DNA of 64,000 nt. Origin: Verrucomicrobiales bacterium (GTDB lineage: Bacteria > Verrucomicrobiota > Verrucomicrobiia > Verrucomicrobiales > V1-33). The stretch lies in assembly GCA_031411295.1 (NCBI GenBank), contig JANOAV010000038.1, positions 14,345 through 78,344 on the forward strand, written 5' to 3'. The notes under the pieces are model-generated. The model ran no database searches. It was not told the origin of the DNA and worked only from the letters and a program-made list of their open reading frames with translations. Numbering within the stretch: position 1 is the first letter of the stretch; every line of letters begins with the position of its first letter. The position numbers and the translations under genes were made by a program. Below are positions 61,848 to 64,000 of the stretch, piece after piece.

Positions 61848-63820
61848 AACGCGCCCTCCATCTCCTGCGTCATACCGTGCGTCCTCTCGCGGGTTTCCTG
61901 TTGGCACACTGGATCTGCTGCTGGCTGGATTTCTTTTCTGCTGAAGATTGGAAAGAGCAGATGGCTAGCAACCGCACGAGTGTCCACCTCTCTCTGCTCA
62001 CTGGCTGCGTCGTCGCGTGGATGGCAGGGTATGCCGTGCGATTCCGTCCGCGGGAATCGAGTTATTTTGTGCAGCCAGTTTCCTATGTTGAACGTCTGGG
62101 GATTCAGGTGGTTACGGTGTTGGTGATCGCCATCCTTGGGCCTTTGATGGTTCAGTGGATGGTGATTGGTGGGGCGGACGTAAGCGGCCTTTGGTGGCGG
62201 TTGCGTTACGCCCTGCACCATGGGTTAAAGGATTATCTGCTGGTGGGGACTTTTTTCATAACCGGTCTGCTGGGGCTTTCCTGGCTGCGGGCGCTCTTGT
62301 TGACAGGCATCAGTTATTGGTTGGCATATTCGTGCCTGTTGGTATTCGAGTTCCTCGACCTTAAGCGAGTGGACATCCTTTTGCATTGGGGATTACTCTG
62401 GGGCCTTGGATTGGTGGGCTTTGCAGTCTGGAAACAACGCGTTGAGTTGACGGGATTTAGACTCTCGATCCTTGGTGCGCTCAGTGTGATTGGAATTTCG
62501 ATGGCTCTTACGTATGGCGATCACCTTTGGCTCGATAAGCAAGTTAGCGCACTCGTGGAGGAAACCTTTGAGAAGTATCCTCAAGAAAATGCCTACACGA
62601 TGCGAGTGGTTAGCTCTACTGAGGTGATTACGATTACAACGTCTGAGAAAGTTACCTCCGGTGTGCTCAAGTTGCTGCCGAAACGGGACCGGCTAATGTT
62701 TCCCGAAGGTGCGGTGCAGCAGCCCACATGGGCTTGGCGCAGTGGGACTGACCAACCTTGGTCCGCTACTGATACATCCGTTTTGGAGGCCAAACCATTT
62801 GATGATTTCTATCAACTCCGCTTAAATAACACCAGAAGTGAGCCCGTTCAACTCCAGGATGGCCAGATCAAGTTGAAAATGCTCGTGGAGTTTTCGCTTT
62901 TCACACACAAAACAGATTCGGAAACGGAGACGCAATACTATGCCAAGCGGATGGTGGAGGGGCCATGCCGCCGCGCAAGTCGCTGGTTAGACTTCGTCAT
63001 CGATCATGTAACGATCACCCTTCCGGGCATTGCCCAAACGGGCCCAACTATGACCAAGAACGCTTTCAAATCACGTTCTTGGAACGACGGGGTGAAGCTC
63101 CGTTTAGCCGCTGTTGACCCGAACCATCTTCCCGAAAATGTCATTGAACTGGCAGATTACGTCCAGCATCATTCCGCAGAAGAAATTGCGCCACTGGTAA
63201 CCAAATGGCTGCCAGAGCTTTTGCAGTTGCTGGAAATGGAAGTCGGGATTGATCAAATCACGCCAGCAATAGAAAAAGCGGCAACTGAGGAGCACAAGGC
63301 GCAGATCATCGCCAAGGTTCCATTGGTGCCACAGTTGACTTCAGTGCTGCTTGCAAAGGGGTGGTTGATGGAGGCGAAACGTGAAGTTATTGCGAGCACG
63401 GAACTGATCCCTTCCCGATCCCCAGGGCTGCTAAAGGCGCTTATCGCGGCTGGTGACAAAGATTTCTATCCCTTGATTCATCGGATTCTGCTACAGGATG
63501 AACGCAGGCCGGATGGGGTCCCTGATCTGATCGCGTGGCCAGGCTTGCGGGATTACCTTTGGGAGCATCGATCGAAACGTTTTGAAATCCGTGAAGGACA
63601 GCGGATCTGGTCTTTGTTGCTCAAGTCTGGCTCCCTCCCAGCGCTGATCGAATGCCTGCGGCAACGGTCTTTCTGGGCGGGCGAGTTCCTGCGAGACGAT
63701 CATTTGCAGCCGCTCCAGCTCGATAAGTCAACCATCGAGGAAATCCAAAAGCATCAGGATCGGCTGTCTTTTCATCCTTCGCTGAAGATTTTCATCTATA
63801 CCAAACCTGCAGTGCCATGA
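61844..63820 (+). CDS. Hypothetical polytopic membrane protein (~6-7 TM) with a ~400-aa soluble C-terminal domain; putative permease-like partner of the ABC ATPase
   Basis: The start overlaps the ATPase stop (ATGA). The N-terminal third is hydrophobic. No recognisable motif in the C-terminal domain. Confidence 0.55.
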   Translation: MKRALHLLRHTVRPLAGFLLAHWICCWLDFFSAEDWKEQMASNRTSVHLSLLTGCVVAWMAGYAVRFRPRESSYFVQPVSYVERLGIQVVTVLVIAILGPLMVQWMVIGGADVSGLWWRLRYALHHGLKDYLLVGTFFITGLLGLSWLRALLLTGISYWLAYSCLLVFEFLDLKRVDILLHWGLLWGLGLVGFAVWKQRVELTGFRLSILGALSVIGISMALTYGDHLWLDKQVSALVEETFEKYPQENAYTMRVVSSTEVITITTSEKVTSGVLKLLPKRDRLMFPEGAVQQPTWAWRSGTDQPWSATDTSVLEAKPFDDFYQLRLNNTRSEPVQLQDGQIKLKMLVEFSLFTHKTDSETETQYYAKRMVEGPCRRASRWLDFVIDHVTITLPGIAQTGPTMTKNAFKSRSWNDGVKLRLAAVDPNHLPENVIELADYVQHHSAEEIAPLVTKWLPELLQLLEMEVGIDQITPAIEKAATEEHKAQIIAKVPLVPQLTSVLLAKGWLMEAKREVIASTELIPSRSPGLLKALIAAGDKDFYPLIHRILLQDERRPDGVPDLIAWPGLRDYLWEHRSKRFEIREGQRIWSLLLKSGSLPALIECLRQRSFWAGEFLRDDHLQPLQLDKSTIEEIQKHQDRLSFHPSLKIFIYTKPAVP

Positions 63821-64000
63821 ATTACATTCTCCATCAATTCCGCTGGACCCTCCGCCGGAGGTATCGTGAGATCATTGGTTTGTGGCTGCTTTGGATGGGG
63901 CTATTACTCATGCCGCATCGGGCGGAACACATGGAGGATATGGTCTTGGCGCACGGGTTGTCGTTGATCGGTGTCATTGCAGTGTTGGGGGTATTGCTTG
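63817..64000 (+). CDS. Hypothetical membrane protein, N-terminal fragment (runs off the window)
   Basis: ATG at 63817 overlaps the preceding TGA (ATGA). 'MNYILHQFRWTLRRRYREIIGLWLLWMGLLLM...' is open to the end of the window. Confidence 0.45.
   Translation, partial: MNYILHQFRWTLRRRYREIIGLWLLWMGLLLMPHRAEHMEDMVLAHGLSLIGVIAVLGVLL

Noticed and set aside
1-64000. Treating all seven single-nucleotide frame breaks as biological phase variation or pseudogenisation
   Set aside because: Most of them map to short homopolymers, and five of the seven need one base inserted, the other two one base removed. They also hit housekeeping genes (coaE, a response regulator). That pattern points to assembly indel error, so each is reported but none is claimed as biology without read-level confirmation.

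Overview
Moderately GC-rich chromosomal window (GC not computed) that looks PVC-type, most likely Verrucomicrobiota. This is inferred from PSD1/DUF1549-DUF1553 plus DUF1501, a PEP-CTERM protein, GloVer and autotransporter-associated beta-strand repeat proteins, and CotH/LTD giants. All family calls rest on motifs read by eye; no searches were run. The first ~23 kb is mostly housekeeping: a GT/O-antigen-ligase cluster, pfkA, a D-Ala-D-Ala carboxypeptidase, ftsH, rsfS, dusB, rho, coaE and infC. From 23 to 58 kb lies an accessory 'secretome island' of very large secreted proteins. It contains an InlB-B-repeat giant, a CotH/LTD-TPR-phosphoesterase operon, and a PATR protein. It also holds two Asp-rich TSP3-type Ca-binding paralogs flanking an OmpR/HK pair, plus a GloVer protein and two 'WxxxDPxAAxxW' repeat paralogs. 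The window ends with a decayed IS element, a HAD hydrolase and a GntR-ABC-membrane operon. Main findings: (1) seven otherwise unrelated secreted proteins end in the same C-terminal module (DxDxDG-NLxEYAxG ... RRFxRLxV), which I propose is an undescribed sorting or anchoring tag; (2) a CotH kinase, TPR protein and metallophosphoesterase form an operon, and the two enzymes share N- and C-terminal modules; (3) a G12 tract sits just upstream of the CotH giant; (4) structured dispersed repeats bracket the PATR gene. Caveat: at least seven genes are broken by single-nucleotide frame problems, mostly at homopolymers. That pattern fits indel errors in the assembly at least as well as biology.
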